Assembly: GCA_965199815.1 (NCBI GenBank)
Contig: CBDATE010000010.1
Location: 26,384 to 90,383 of the forward strand
Length of the DNA: 64,000 bases
DNA from: Pseudomonadales bacterium
Lineage (GTDB): Bacteria; Pseudomonadota; Gammaproteobacteria; Pseudomonadales; Azotimanducaceae
Direction: 5' to 3'
Shown: in pieces, positions 49,069 to 58,101 of the stretch
Position numbering within the stretch: position 1 is the first letter of the stretch
Layout of the letters: every line of letters starts with the position of its first letter
The notes under the pieces: model-generated
Seen by the model: only the letters and a program-made list of their open reading frames with translations
Told to the model about the DNA's origin: nothing
Databases searched by the model: none
Position numbers and translations under genes: made by a program

Positions 49069-49880
49069 CAGGCGACCAGCCGAGGCTGCCATTCGTGACG
49101 GGCAGACCATGGAATGGGTACCACATTGTAGTTACGCATGGCGTTCATAACGTTATCGGAAACCCCTTGCTCCGAATCGTTCAGCACTGCACAGGCTTCT
49201 GCCTCGGCAGATCGTGTTTCCTTGATGTCCATCCATGAGAATGCCATGGTCTGCGCCGCTTCTCGATTCGGACGATTGATGGCGTGAAGAAAGCGCTCCG
49301 GTTGAGTTCTCGATTTCGGAATCACGAAATCGAAGCGATGGTCGTAGCCGCTCTTGCCCGTGAACTTGACGCTTGGCGTATAGCGGATTTCTGATAGATC
49401 CAGCCATGCGATTACATGTTCGTGAAACAAATTCGCGACATTTGAGGAAGCCAGATAGAAGAGGTCGTTGATTGCGAGCATGGCCTGCACAAGATTGTGC
49501 TTCCGCAAGGCGAAATTGTCCGCAGACGCATTGACCTCGAGCGCTTTTCCATTTGATTGCACACCGAAACCGTTCAGTGTTGTTCTGAACAGGGATTCGC
49601 GCTTTGGACTGTTGATCTTGCACCCGGACATCTCGAGGTCATCAAGAACATAGCCATCATCCGTCAACACATAACCGCCGTTCACGCGCTTGGCGTAAAT
49701 CCGGAGATAGTCGTTATGCCGGTCGAGGTAAGGCGTGGTGACTTCCACGCAGTCCGCAAGTTTTCGCAGATGCGTTCTGTCACGAAGCCAATGTGAGTAC
49801 TGATCGAGCAGCATCTGAATGTCTTCAATCATGCAAACACCCTGTACCGGATCAAATAGTGCCTGATATATCTGGGCCAA
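49068..49880 (-). CDS. DUF1828/DUF1829-type protein
   Basis: YSHWLRDRT...VEVTTPYLDRHNDYLRIYAKRVNGGYVLTDDGYVLDDLEMSGCKINSPKRESLFRTTLNGFGV...NFALRKHNLVQAMLAINDLF matches my recollection of the DUF1828 pattern. Confidence 0.6.
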   Translation of the reverse strand: MAQIYQALFDPVQGVCMIEDIQMLLDQYSHWLRDRTHLRKLADCVEVTTPYLDRHNDYLRIYAKRVNGGYVLTDDGYVLDDLEMSGCKINSPKRESLFRTTLNGFGVQSNGKALEVNASADNFALRKHNLVQAMLAINDLFYLASSNVANLFHEHVIAWLDLSEIRYTPSVKFTGKSGYDHRFDFVIPKSRTQPERFLHAINRPNREAAQTMAFSWMDIKETRSAEAEACAVLNDSEQGVSDNVMNAMRNYNVVPIPWSARHEWQPRLVA

Positions 49881-49892
49881 TACTGACTCGCC

Positions 49893-52067
49893 TCAATCCT
49901 CGAACGGTCGGTATTCAAGCAGGGATGAACGACCCATGATGTCAACGATGGTGACCGACAACTCGGTGCCATACGCGTCGGTGAGTCTCATGGGCTTGCC
50001 TACGCGAAAAGTCACCGGCTGTTGCCGCCCTTGCTCGACCGCAATGTTGTTCGCGTAGATATAGGTTCGGTTAGAGGTGTCAAGAATGGGATTCAAGCGT
50101 CCCCGCAGGCCGGGGAGATTCCCCGTGCCTTGATCGAAAATGGCGGCACCGCCAGGCTCAAACGGCTCAAGTTCGAGCAGCAGGCCACCCTGGCTGGGTG
50201 TCCACGCTCGTTGCAGTCCAGCTCTGTACCCGGAGCCGGCGGCATAGACGGTCATTGGCAAGTGTGTCGTGTAGAGATCAAGCGCCGCCTCGCCAGCATT
50301 GTCGGTCACAGAGCGCACCCAAGTCTTGTTGGGGAAGAGCGCGAGAATCTCGATACCTGCGAGAGGTTCCCCCGCGGAATGCACCGTGACCGTCGCGTCG
50401 GCGGGAACGAGTTCCAGTCTCGCAGCCGGGATGTGCAGCAGCAAGCTTGATTCATCAATCATTTTGTATTCTGGCGGTGCGCCGGCAATCTCTCGAGTCT
50501 TCCTGCGAATGAGCGACACGCCGTCTCCGCGGCGTTCCATCAGGTATTTGCGAGCACCCGAGCCCGGCACATTGGCGACGGGTATGCGACCAAACACGGA
50601 AGCGATGGCCTCGTTGCGAGTCACCTGACTGGCCTCCATACCTTCGATGGTCATACCATTGGGAAGCTGGCCGGGCGACTCGATTTCCAGGCGGTCCTTG
50701 AACATGGAGATTCGAATCCTGCGCTCGGACATGGAGTAGTCGCGGTGCGCGACCGCGTTGACCACCGCCTCGAATACGGCGGTTTTGCTGTATTGCGGGA
50801 TGTCCTCTCGTTCCGGGGTTTTGCGCGCGGCAACGCGCATATTGCGAACGACGAACTTGACCGCGTCGGCAACCTGATCAGGAAGCGGCCCGACGATTTC
50901 CTGCGCGTCCAGCTGACCGGAGGCGCGGTCCTTCCCGCGATAGTGTGTCGCCACGATAGTTGCTTGCGGCAACCACTGCTGCGGGGAAGGGGCGCAGAGC
51001 AGTACGCCAGCCACGGTCGCGTACACCGATTCAGCATCATCAAGCGCCAGCAACCTGAGATTTCGAAGGGCTCGTTGCGGATCCGCCGCGCCCTCCACAC
51101 TGATGAGCGGCTCCCACAGGCGTTCGCCAAGTGTTTCGAATCCGGTCTCGGGCACGACCTGCTTGTCGAACCAGAGGTAGCGGTTTTGTGCGCGATTCTG
51201 CGCCAGCCGCAGGCGCTCGGCGCTCTGAAGGCGGCGCTTGGTTGCGCCAACCCGCATGAAGGCTTGTCCGCGCCGTTCATGTATCGCTTCGCCGCGCGGC
51301 ACAACCACCATCACGAATGCCTTGCCATCGAGTTCCCGGTGATAAATGTCGATGCGCAGCGGTGGCTCAAGCTTGTTGGTGCTGACTTCCGCCAGCAGGA
51401 TTTATCGAGCTCTGGCCATCCGTTTTGGCGACATGCCCTGAATCGTTCCGTCGTCGGCCACCCCGCACAGCATAATTCCACCGTCCGCATTGGCGAACGC
51501 GCCGAGTTCATCCGCGAAACTGTCTCTGCTCGGGCTCGTCGGCTTATCGCCTTTGAATTCGATCTGTTTGAATTCCCAGTGGCTATCCTTGCCCAAGCGA
51601 AGTTGTCGGCGGATTTCTTCGTCCTTTATCGAAAACCAGTCACCGACTTCATCTGCGACGGTCTCGACCGTGTGGCTGCGTGAAGTAAACCACAGGTCGG
51701 AAACGCGCAGAGCCGCCTGAGCGACCAGAGTGACCGCTTCCCCCAATGCATTGATTTTTTCGATTTGAAGCGTGAGTTCCCCACGGTTGAGACTTACCCC
51801 CAGTGTTTGGCACACATCCGCAATCAGGCGTTCCTGTTTCGATGACCTCTGCGGGCTTGTCGTTTGCAGGCCAAGCCATCCCAAGGTCTCGCCAAAGTCC
51901 GTAACGCTGTAGTGCGTCCCGCAGTCAATTACATGAACCTCGATGAGCCCGCCATCTGGATACATCAAAGGTGTCCTCACCCGGATGTCCCCGCGGGGTG
52001 CCTTCGCGCACTCGAATAGCGAAGGAAGCGAAGCTTCTATTGTCGCGTACAAGTGGTCAGTACTCAT
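49893..52067 (-). pseudogene. DUF1828-like + AlbA_2 (Schlafen-type) + HATPase_c_4 protein, interrupted by one in-frame TAA at 51402-51404
   Basis: The track ORFs 51402..52067 and 49893..51314 share one frame: (52067-51314) is divisible by 3, and the 87 nt between them is open (ILLAEVSTNKLEPPLRIDIYHRELDGKAFV). The AlbA_2 motif is WEFKQIEF...LGAFANADGGIMLCGVADDGTIQG. The HATPase_c_4-like region is FEAVVNAVAHRDYS...ISMFKDRLEIESPGQLPNG. Confidence 0.7.
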
Positions 52068-52122
52068 GACGGCAGTTCATCCTGAATAGCCGGATGGCTC
52101 TTTTTTCCAACGTGAGAAACCT

Positions 52123-53179
52123 TCATGTCCTGATGGATATCCCGCTGGATTTCGCTCTCTTTTTGTTGCTCTTGTTTTTCGCCTGATGCGCGGACCAAAT
52201 ATCGTCAATAGATTCAGCTTCCAATGTGAGCCTGACCTTCTCAATAGCCTTGCATGAGTATCTTTTGTAAGTCGAGGCACCGATCTTGAACTCCTTATAG
52301 CATTCACCGTCCTTTCGAAGGCTTATGTGATTAGCGATCGCACCCAACCTGGGTACTGTCAGACCAAGTTTTTTGGCAAGATCGGTTGCACCTAAACTGT
52401 AATGATCGAGTTCATTGACTCTTCGTATTCCAACAACAGCTTCGGTTCTTTCGTCCTCCTGTAACAGACTCACGGGGGTTCCTTCGTTCTTTGTTAGCCG
52501 CAGATTCAGAGTCGACCCCTCGCCTCCTGTCGCGATATTGATGGATGCAACTCCGGGAAAGATATCCCTGCCATGCTTTTCCTTCTGCGATGCGATCACA
52601 GATCTTTCTTAATTCTGAGTCACCGGGCTGTTCGTCGTCACCTGCTACAGCACCCTCCAACACGGAGAGGCTTCTTGCCTTTGCAATTGCATCCATTTTC
52701 CTTCTGGTTCCCTCGACCAAGAGTTGCTGTATTTCTGCGACTTCTGTCTCGAACAATGTCGATAAATCCTTGGGCGCGGTTGTGGAGACGGGGAGGACGC
52801 GTTCGGGCAGTTCGAGCAAAAGGCTGCTCTCGAATATATCGTCATGAACGTCACGAAAGAGCGTCACACCCGCCTGAGCATGGAAATAAAGCAGATGCTC
52901 GGATATATCGACAATGTAATGTTGAGCTGCGTTTCGCTGCCCGTTAATCACTTGCAGAGCGAGCGCCTGCTCATCGGTTAGAAACTTGATTTTCCCATCG
53001 GTAAGGCATTTTCTCACGCAATCACTATAGCTAATAGTCTGCTTTTGGCGCGGCTTACGAATCTTTCCCTGCCTTTGCAGGATCGCTGATTTGAGAAGCA
53101 TTTCGAAGGAGTGGTGGAGCAAGATCAGCACGGCCTCTGTTCTGCCATCCGACGGTCGATTGAACTCGATTGATAGCAA
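52123..53179 (-). pseudogene. Hypothetical (DUF3644-like N-terminus?) gene, probably frameshifted near 52575-52585
   Basis: Two ORFs (52412..53179 and 52123..52599) overlap by 188 nt in different frames. The first turns Arg-rich and implausible after ...RKICDRIAEGK. The second looks protein-like from ...KHGRDIFPGVASINIATGGEG. One base fewer at the GGAAAAGC run would join them. GC is about 45%. Confidence 0.5.
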
Positions 53180-53185
53180 GCGCGT

Positions 53186-53584
53186 TTATGCCTTTCGCGA
53201 GTCGGCGAACTTCCTTTTTCCGTCACGGCCTGTGGACTCTTTCAGCGTCCGGACACGGATTTCGCCGGATATGAGTTTGGGGAGGAGGATATCTCGGGTT
53301 TGAGACAGCGTTCTCGCTTCACGACGGTTTGAGAGTAGTTGATCAAGGGAATCGATCTTCGAACAGTTCGAGCAGCAATGGGTCTTCAAGCACCTTGCGA
53401 GTTGCAGGGCTTTCGGCGGAACGCGCTGATGACTCTTTGATGTCCCGGTGACCATGGCAATCATCTTCCTCCTGAAGCCTTCGCATGAAGAGGAGTACGA
53501 ATACTGCGGGTCGCAGGCGAGATAGGTGGCAAGAATTCGGTAGATGCTACCTGTGGCACTTCCCCTTTCGCGTTCGGCAGCCAA
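53186..53584 (-). pseudogene. hsdS: HsdS C-terminal remnant
   Basis: The end of the ORF (VPPKALQLA...IDSLDQLLSNRREARTLSQTRDILLPKLISGEIRV) matches the second conserved helical region and C-terminal LLPKLISGExRV tail of Type I S subunits. It shares a frame with 53726..54727 but is separated from it by several stops. Confidence 0.6.
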
Positions 53585-53725
53585 CTCTTTCGATTTCCGG
53601 ATTCAGTTTGGAGAGGAGAACTGCGTTCTCTGGCACCATCATCGAGTCGCGATATCAAGTGATGCTCGTTTGCAGCATCAAAGGATGGGATGCTGTAGTG
53701 CTCGGACGCCCCGGATCAATCGAGA

Positions 53726-54727
53726 TTATTGCAAGTGATGATGTGCGAGATCGTTCAGGGTAAATGCTGTCCACCCCTCCGGCTTTCCCTCGTCGTCGAG
53801 GGTGTCGGGGAACAGGTTCCACAGTTCGGGCGGGAGGTAGGGGCTGCGGCCTTCCATCTTGGCGCGGGTGGGGCCGAAATCGACGAACCAGTCCTTGAAG
53901 ATGGCCCGCGCCATTGCTTCAAGCGTCGCGTTCATGCGCCGGTTCAACTCGATCTTGTCGTCCAGTGTGCCGAGGATGTGGGCAATGGCGCGCTGTTCGC
54001 TGATAGTAGGCAGCTTTACAGGCATCTCCGTAAATGACCGAAGTCTGAGTGACTTTACGGTTGATCCCACGGCTACCCGCTCCCAATATCTCCTGTTATC
54101 AAGTAGGAGGTAGTAGAGGAATCGTGTGCTAACGGCAAGTTCGTCAGTTGAAGTGACTCGATAGGCCCGCTGATGTAGATCGAACTTTCCGCTGAAGTAT
54201 TCAGGCACGAACTCCCGACCCTCGCCTGGGACAATAACTGCTTGACAATCAAAGAGATACTTCGAGCTTCGCTTCACGGTTGAAGATCTGTCAAAGAGGG
54301 GAAACTCACCGTCATCGACTGCGTCTTGCCGATTGCTCTTGCCCGTCCCAATCATGGCAACTTGACCGAGATTGGTTCGTCTCCATCTAGAAAGGGGAAC
54401 ATTCGGTCGGTGAACAACCACATACTCCCGCTCGATCACCTTCCGAAAGCCGTTGGACGCTCTCCCCCAATCGACAACATCGACTTTGAAGGGGAGGTCG
54501 GATTCGCCAAACGCTTCGGCCAGCGCCGAGCTTGCGCTCAGTGGAAGCGGCTCATCGCCCAGAATTGCGAGATCGAGGTCGGAGTATTCCTTCGCCGTCC
54601 AGGTGACACGGGATCCGAAGGCCCATACCGCTCGGTCCGGCACATGTTGCCGCAAGATATCGCGCACTATGTCCCAATAATCAGGCCGAAGGTCGATTCG
54701 CGGCATCGGTTCGCTCATGTCAGACAT
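53726..54727 (-). CDS. MNT-type nucleotidyltransferase (antitoxin-like) fused in frame to HsdS TRD1 + central conserved region; truncated at the start of TRD2
   Basis: Residues 1-~108 are AVWAFGSRVTWTAKEYSDLDLAILG...DLPFKVDVVDW (GSx10DxD NTase). From ~110 the sequence is HsdS-like (WRRTNLGQVAMIGTGKS...LPTISEQRAIAHILGTLDDKIELNRRMNATLEAMARAIFKDWFVDF...PEGWTAFTLNDLA), followed by a stop. Confidence 0.7.
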   Translation of the reverse strand: MSDMSEPMPRIDLRPDYWDIVRDILRQHVPDRAVWAFGSRVTWTAKEYSDLDLAILGDEPLPLSASSALAEAFGESDLPFKVDVVDWGRASNGFRKVIEREYVVVHRPNVPLSRWRRTNLGQVAMIGTGKSNRQDAVDDGEFPLFDRSSTVKRSSKYLFDCQAVIVPGEGREFVPEYFSGKFDLHQRAYRVTSTDELAVSTRFLYYLLLDNRRYWERVAVGSTVKSLRLRSFTEMPVKLPTISEQRAIAHILGTLDDKIELNRRMNATLEAMARAIFKDWFVDFGPTRAKMEGRSPYLPPELWNLFPDTLDDEGKPEGWTAFTLNDLAHHHLQ

Positions 54728-55131
54728 TCACGCAGCCTGTCTCTCAAGTAAGCCACCTCTCTGATGAAGTGCGGAATGACACTGACCACTTCCAGTGCGA
54801 CATCCTCGTCGTAGGTATGGCTGGTTTTCCTACGTATTTCACGAAAGCCACGCCAATCCGGCCAGTCTCCGAGCAGCAATCCTCGTTCGTTTCCGGTGCG
54901 GATCAGATCCTGAAATGTCATCTCATCGAACTGCTCCGGGTTGGCGGAAGCATATTCAAGATAGCGTTTCAGAATCTTGTGGCCGAGCTCATACGTGAAC
55001 TCGAAACGCTGGACCAGACCATCGCGAATCCGGATGTCGCTCGTATCGGCCAGGTATCGCGCCAAACCTTCTTCAAGGCGTTGAATCGCCCGTTCGAAGG
55101 GGGCAGTCTTGAGTGTATTGTCGAAGGACAT
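54715..55131 (-). CDS. hepT: HepT/HI0074-family HEPN protein (nucleotidyltransferase substrate-binding protein)
   Basis: 138-aa ORF with RFEFTYELGHKILKRYL and the HEPN Rx4H motif in EIRRKTSHTYDE. It overlaps the downstream MNT start by 13 nt. Confidence 0.75.
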   Translation of the reverse strand: MSFDNTLKTAPFERAIQRLEEGLARYLADTSDIRIRDGLVQRFEFTYELGHKILKRYLEYASANPEQFDEMTFQDLIRTGNERGLLLGDWPDWRGFREIRRKTSHTYDEDVALEVVSVIPHFIREVAYLRDRLRECLT

Positions 55132-55183
55132 GTCGTTATTCGCTTGAGCAACCTGATTTGCGGAGCCGGTTGTAGCTCACCTG

Positions 55184-55249
55184 TGACCTACAAACGGTTT
55201 TGTGGTTCGTTTTATCGCAAAAATGACCCACAAACTCCTTTGTAGGTCA
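55184..55249. promoter_or_regulatory. Nested inverted repeats between fic and hepT (candidate operator or RNA stem-loop)
   Basis: The outer pair is 11 bp, TGACCTACAAA (55184-55194) / TTTGTAGGTCA (55239-55249). The inner pair is 7 bp, TTTGTGG (55199-55205) / CCACAAA (55228-55234). This gives four CCYACAAA-type half-sites within 66 bp. Confidence 0.45.
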
Positions 55250-55259
55250 TCTATGAGCA

Positions 55260-56378
55260 TCAAAATACCTTTCTCCCTTCAGCAGCGTTCAACAAATCCG
55301 GGAATACCAGCACCGCTGCTCGACTCCCTTTCCCCTCGACCAGTGTTTTGACGATACTCGCGTCGCGCAGAACATGCAGTATCCGTTTTGCCGAGGATTG
55401 AGGAATACTTGATTGTTTCGCGAAATCGGTACTGCAGAAGATCGGGCACTCGAATATCCAGTCCAGCGCGTAGATGGCGTATTGCGAATGGGTCAGTTGC
55501 ACGACACGATCCTTCAAATTGTCGTAAAGCCTGCGAATCTCCCGCGCCTTGGCCAGATTGTCTTCCGCCTGCCGCGTCACGGCTTCAAGAAAGAATTGGC
55601 ACCAGCCCGTCCAGTCGTCATCGCGGGACACCCGCAGTAGCCCCTCATAGTAGGCAGATCGGTTGGTCTCCAGCCAGGCGCTGATGTAGAACACCGGTCG
55701 GGCAATCAGCCCGCGCCGCCAGAGAAAAAGCGGCACGAGCAAGCGACCGAGACGCCCGTTGCCGTCCAGAAACGGGTGCAGCGCTTCGAACTCGGCATGC
55801 AGCACTGCCAGTTGAATCAGCGGGTCGGGCACCTCGTCATTGTTGATATAGCGCTCCCAGCGAGCCATGGCATCAGGCAATCGATCCGCCGAGATGGGGA
55901 CATAGGATGCGGTGTGTATGTCGCTGCCGGGCGGGCTAATCCAGTTACGGATGCGACGCAATTCGCCCGGGTCCTTGTTTGCGCCGCGCACTCCGGACAT
56001 GAGCACACGATGCGCCTCCTTGATCACGCGCAGGCACAGGGGTAATTCCTCGAGCATCTGTTCCGAGACCCGGAGTGCTTCACGGTAATTGATGATCTCC
56101 ACGATGTCGGCTTGGCGCTCGGCGGACGCGGGCGTTTGCCCCGCCTCGTATTCCAGCACTTCGCCCAGAGTGGCTTGGGTGCCCTCGATGCGCGAGGAAA
56201 GTACCGCTTCCCGCATCAGCAAGGGAGCCACCAGAATGCGTGGATTCGGCACCGTGGCAAGCGTACCGTCGTACCGCGCCAAGGCCGCGCTTGCCTGACC
56301 GATCAGCGGTGCCAGCAAGCGCCAGTCGAGGCGCTCTTCCGGCGGAAATGCCTCTTGCTGATACTGTGCAGCGCTCAT
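55260..56378 (-). CDS. Fic/DOC-family protein
   Basis: It has the Fic motif [14 protein letters not shown], and its C-terminus is winged-helix-like. Its start overlaps the hsdM stop (ATGA at 56375-56378). Confidence 0.85.
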   Translation of the reverse strand: MSAAQYQQEAFPPEERLDWRLLAPLIGQASAALARYDGTLATVPNPRILVAPLLMREAVLSSRIEGTQATLGEVLEYEAGQTPASAERQADIVEIINYREALRVSEQMLEELPLCLRVIKEAHRVLMSGVRGANKDPGELRRIRNWISPPGSDIHTASYVPISADRLPDAMARWERYINNDEVPDPLIQLAVLHAEFEALHPFLDGNGRLGRLLVPLFLWRRGLIARPVFYISAWLETNRSAYYEGLLRVSRDDDWTGWCQFFLEAVTRQAEDNLAKAREIRRLYDNLKDRVVQLTHSQYAIYALDWIFECPIFCSTDFAKQSSIPQSSAKRILHVLRDASIVKTLVEGKGSRAAVLVFPDLLNAAEGRKVF

Positions 56379-58024
56379 GAGCTCTCCCGAAAGCCGAGAC
56401 GCTCCAGATTTTCGGCGATGGCAGCGTCCAGCAGCGCACCTTCGGCCTGCTGCTCGCGCAGTTCGGCCACGAGACGCTGCATCCTGTCGGCAAAGGGTTC
56501 GCCATCATCCTCTGCGGGCGGGGCACCAACATAGCGCCCTGGAGTCAGCACATGACCGTGCATGCGCACCTCCTCGAGCGACACGCTCTTGCAGAATCCC
56601 GGCTCGTCCTCGTAGGTTGGCGCATCCGTCGCGCCACGCCAGGCGTGATACACATCGGCGACCCGGGCGATGTCTTCTTCGGAGAATTCCCTTCGGGTTC
56701 GATCAACCATGTGTCCGAGCCTGCGAGCGTCGATGAACAGCACCTTGCCACGCCGGTCGCAGCAGCTTCCGCCAATTTGGGGGGGGGGGGGGGGGGGGGG
56801 GGGATTCTTGTTGCGCGCCAGAAACCAGAGGCAGGCCGGAATCTGCGTCGAGTAGAAGAGCTGTTCGGGCAGTGCGATCATGCAATCCACGATATCGGCC
56901 TCGATCATGGCGCGGCGGATATTGCCCTCGCCGGATGTTGTCGTGGACATGGAGCCGTTGGCGAGCACCACGCCCGCCGTCCCATTCCGCCCAAGATGAT
57001 GGTAGATGTGTTGCAGCCAGGCGTAGTTGGCGTTGCCCTTCGGCGGTACACCGAATGCCCAGCGGGCATCCTCGCGCAATCGCTCGCCTCCCCAATCCTT
57101 CACGTTGAACGGCGGGTTGGCGAGAATGAAGTCGAACTTCAGGTCAGGCAGTTCGTCCTTGTGAAAGCTGCCTTCGTTGTTCCAGCGAATATCTGCGTCG
57201 ATACCGCGCACCGCAAGGTTCATCCTGGCGAGTCGCCAGGTTGTGTTATTGCTTTCCTGCCCATAGATGGCTATGTCGCCAATACGCCCACCATGTTCCT
57301 CGACGAACTTCCTGGATTGCACGAACATGCCGCCGGAACCGCAGCAGGGGTCATAGACACGGCCCTTGAAGGGTTGCAGCATTGCAACCAGCAATCGGAC
57401 GACGGACGCGGGTGTGTAAAATTCCCCGCCACCCTTGCCTTCAACACCGGCAAAGGCACCGAGGAAGTACTCGTATACGCGCCCGAGGATGTCGCGTGAG
57501 CGGTGTATATCACTCGTCATGCCGATTCCGCTCACCAGATCGATAAGCTCGCCGAGCATGATCGTGTTCAGTGCCGGTCGGGCGTATTCCTTGGGCAGCA
57601 CACCCCTGAGCGAAGCGTTATCCGTTTCAAGTGCCTGCATGGCATCGTCGATGTCCTTGCCGATCGTTGGCCGCCTGGCATGCTCCTGCATACGCGACCA
57701 GCGGGCGGCCTTCGGCACCCAGAAGACGCTGTCGGCAAGGTACTCTTCCGGGTCTTCGGCATCGGCCAGAGGATCTTCAAGCAGCTCTGCCCGTTTGGTC
57801 TCGAAGACATCGGAGATGTACTTGAGAAAGATCAGCCCCAAAGCCACATGCTTGTAGTCCGACGGCTCCATGTTGCCACGCATCTTGTCCGCCGCGGCCC
57901 AGAGCTGCGCCTCGAACCCGAGGTTGGCATCGCTGGTGCCCCTGCCGCCACTCGCGCCAGTGTCCTTGCCTGACTTCGCCTGTCTTGCCATGTGCTCCTT
58001 CGCAGGGCCTGTCTGCCGAGTCAC
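56375..58024 (-). CDS. hsdM: Type I R-M DNA methyltransferase, M subunit, containing a poly-Pro insert encoded by a homopolymer tract
   Basis: The N-terminus is [36 protein letters not shown]. Motif I is [12 protein letters not shown] and motif IV is ILANPPFN. The tail reads [24 protein letters not shown]...[14 protein letters not shown]. Confidence 0.9.
   Translation of the reverse strand: MTRQTGPAKEHMARQAKSGKDTGASGGRGTSDANLGFEAQLWAAADKMRGNMEPSDYKHVALGLIFLKYISDVFETKRAELLEDPLADAEDPEEYLADSVFWVPKAARWSRMQEHARRPTIGKDIDDAMQALETDNASLRGVLPKEYARPALNTIMLGELIDLVSGIGMTSDIHRSRDILGRVYEYFLGAFAGVEGKGGGEFYTPASVVRLLVAMLQPFKGRVYDPCCGSGGMFVQSRKFVEEHGGRIGDIAIYGQESNNTTWRLARMNLAVRGIDADIRWNNEGSFHKDELPDLKFDFILANPPFNVKDWGGERLREDARWAFGVPPKGNANYAWLQHIYHHLGRNGTAGVVLANGSMSTTTSGEGNIRRAMIEADIVDCMIALPEQLFYSTQIPACLWFLARNKNPPPPPPPPQIGGSCCDRRGKVLFIDARRLGHMVDRTRREFSEEDIARVADVYHAWRGATDAPTYEDEPGFCKSVSLEEVRMHGHVLTPGRYVGAPPAEDDGEPFADRMQRLVAELREQQAEGALLDAAIAENLERLGFRESS
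56779..56803. repeat. 25-nt homopolymer (G on + strand, C on the hsdM coding strand)
   Basis: Counted from the sequence: gg (56779-56780) + 20 g (56781-56800) + ggg (56801-56803). It currently reads in frame as 8 x CCC plus the C of CAA. Confidence 0.95.
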
Positions 58025-58101
58025 CTTATACTATGTGTGCACTATGAAATAGACCCTTCCTCGTACAACTGCACACAACTCCACACAACTGCGATACTCC
58101 C

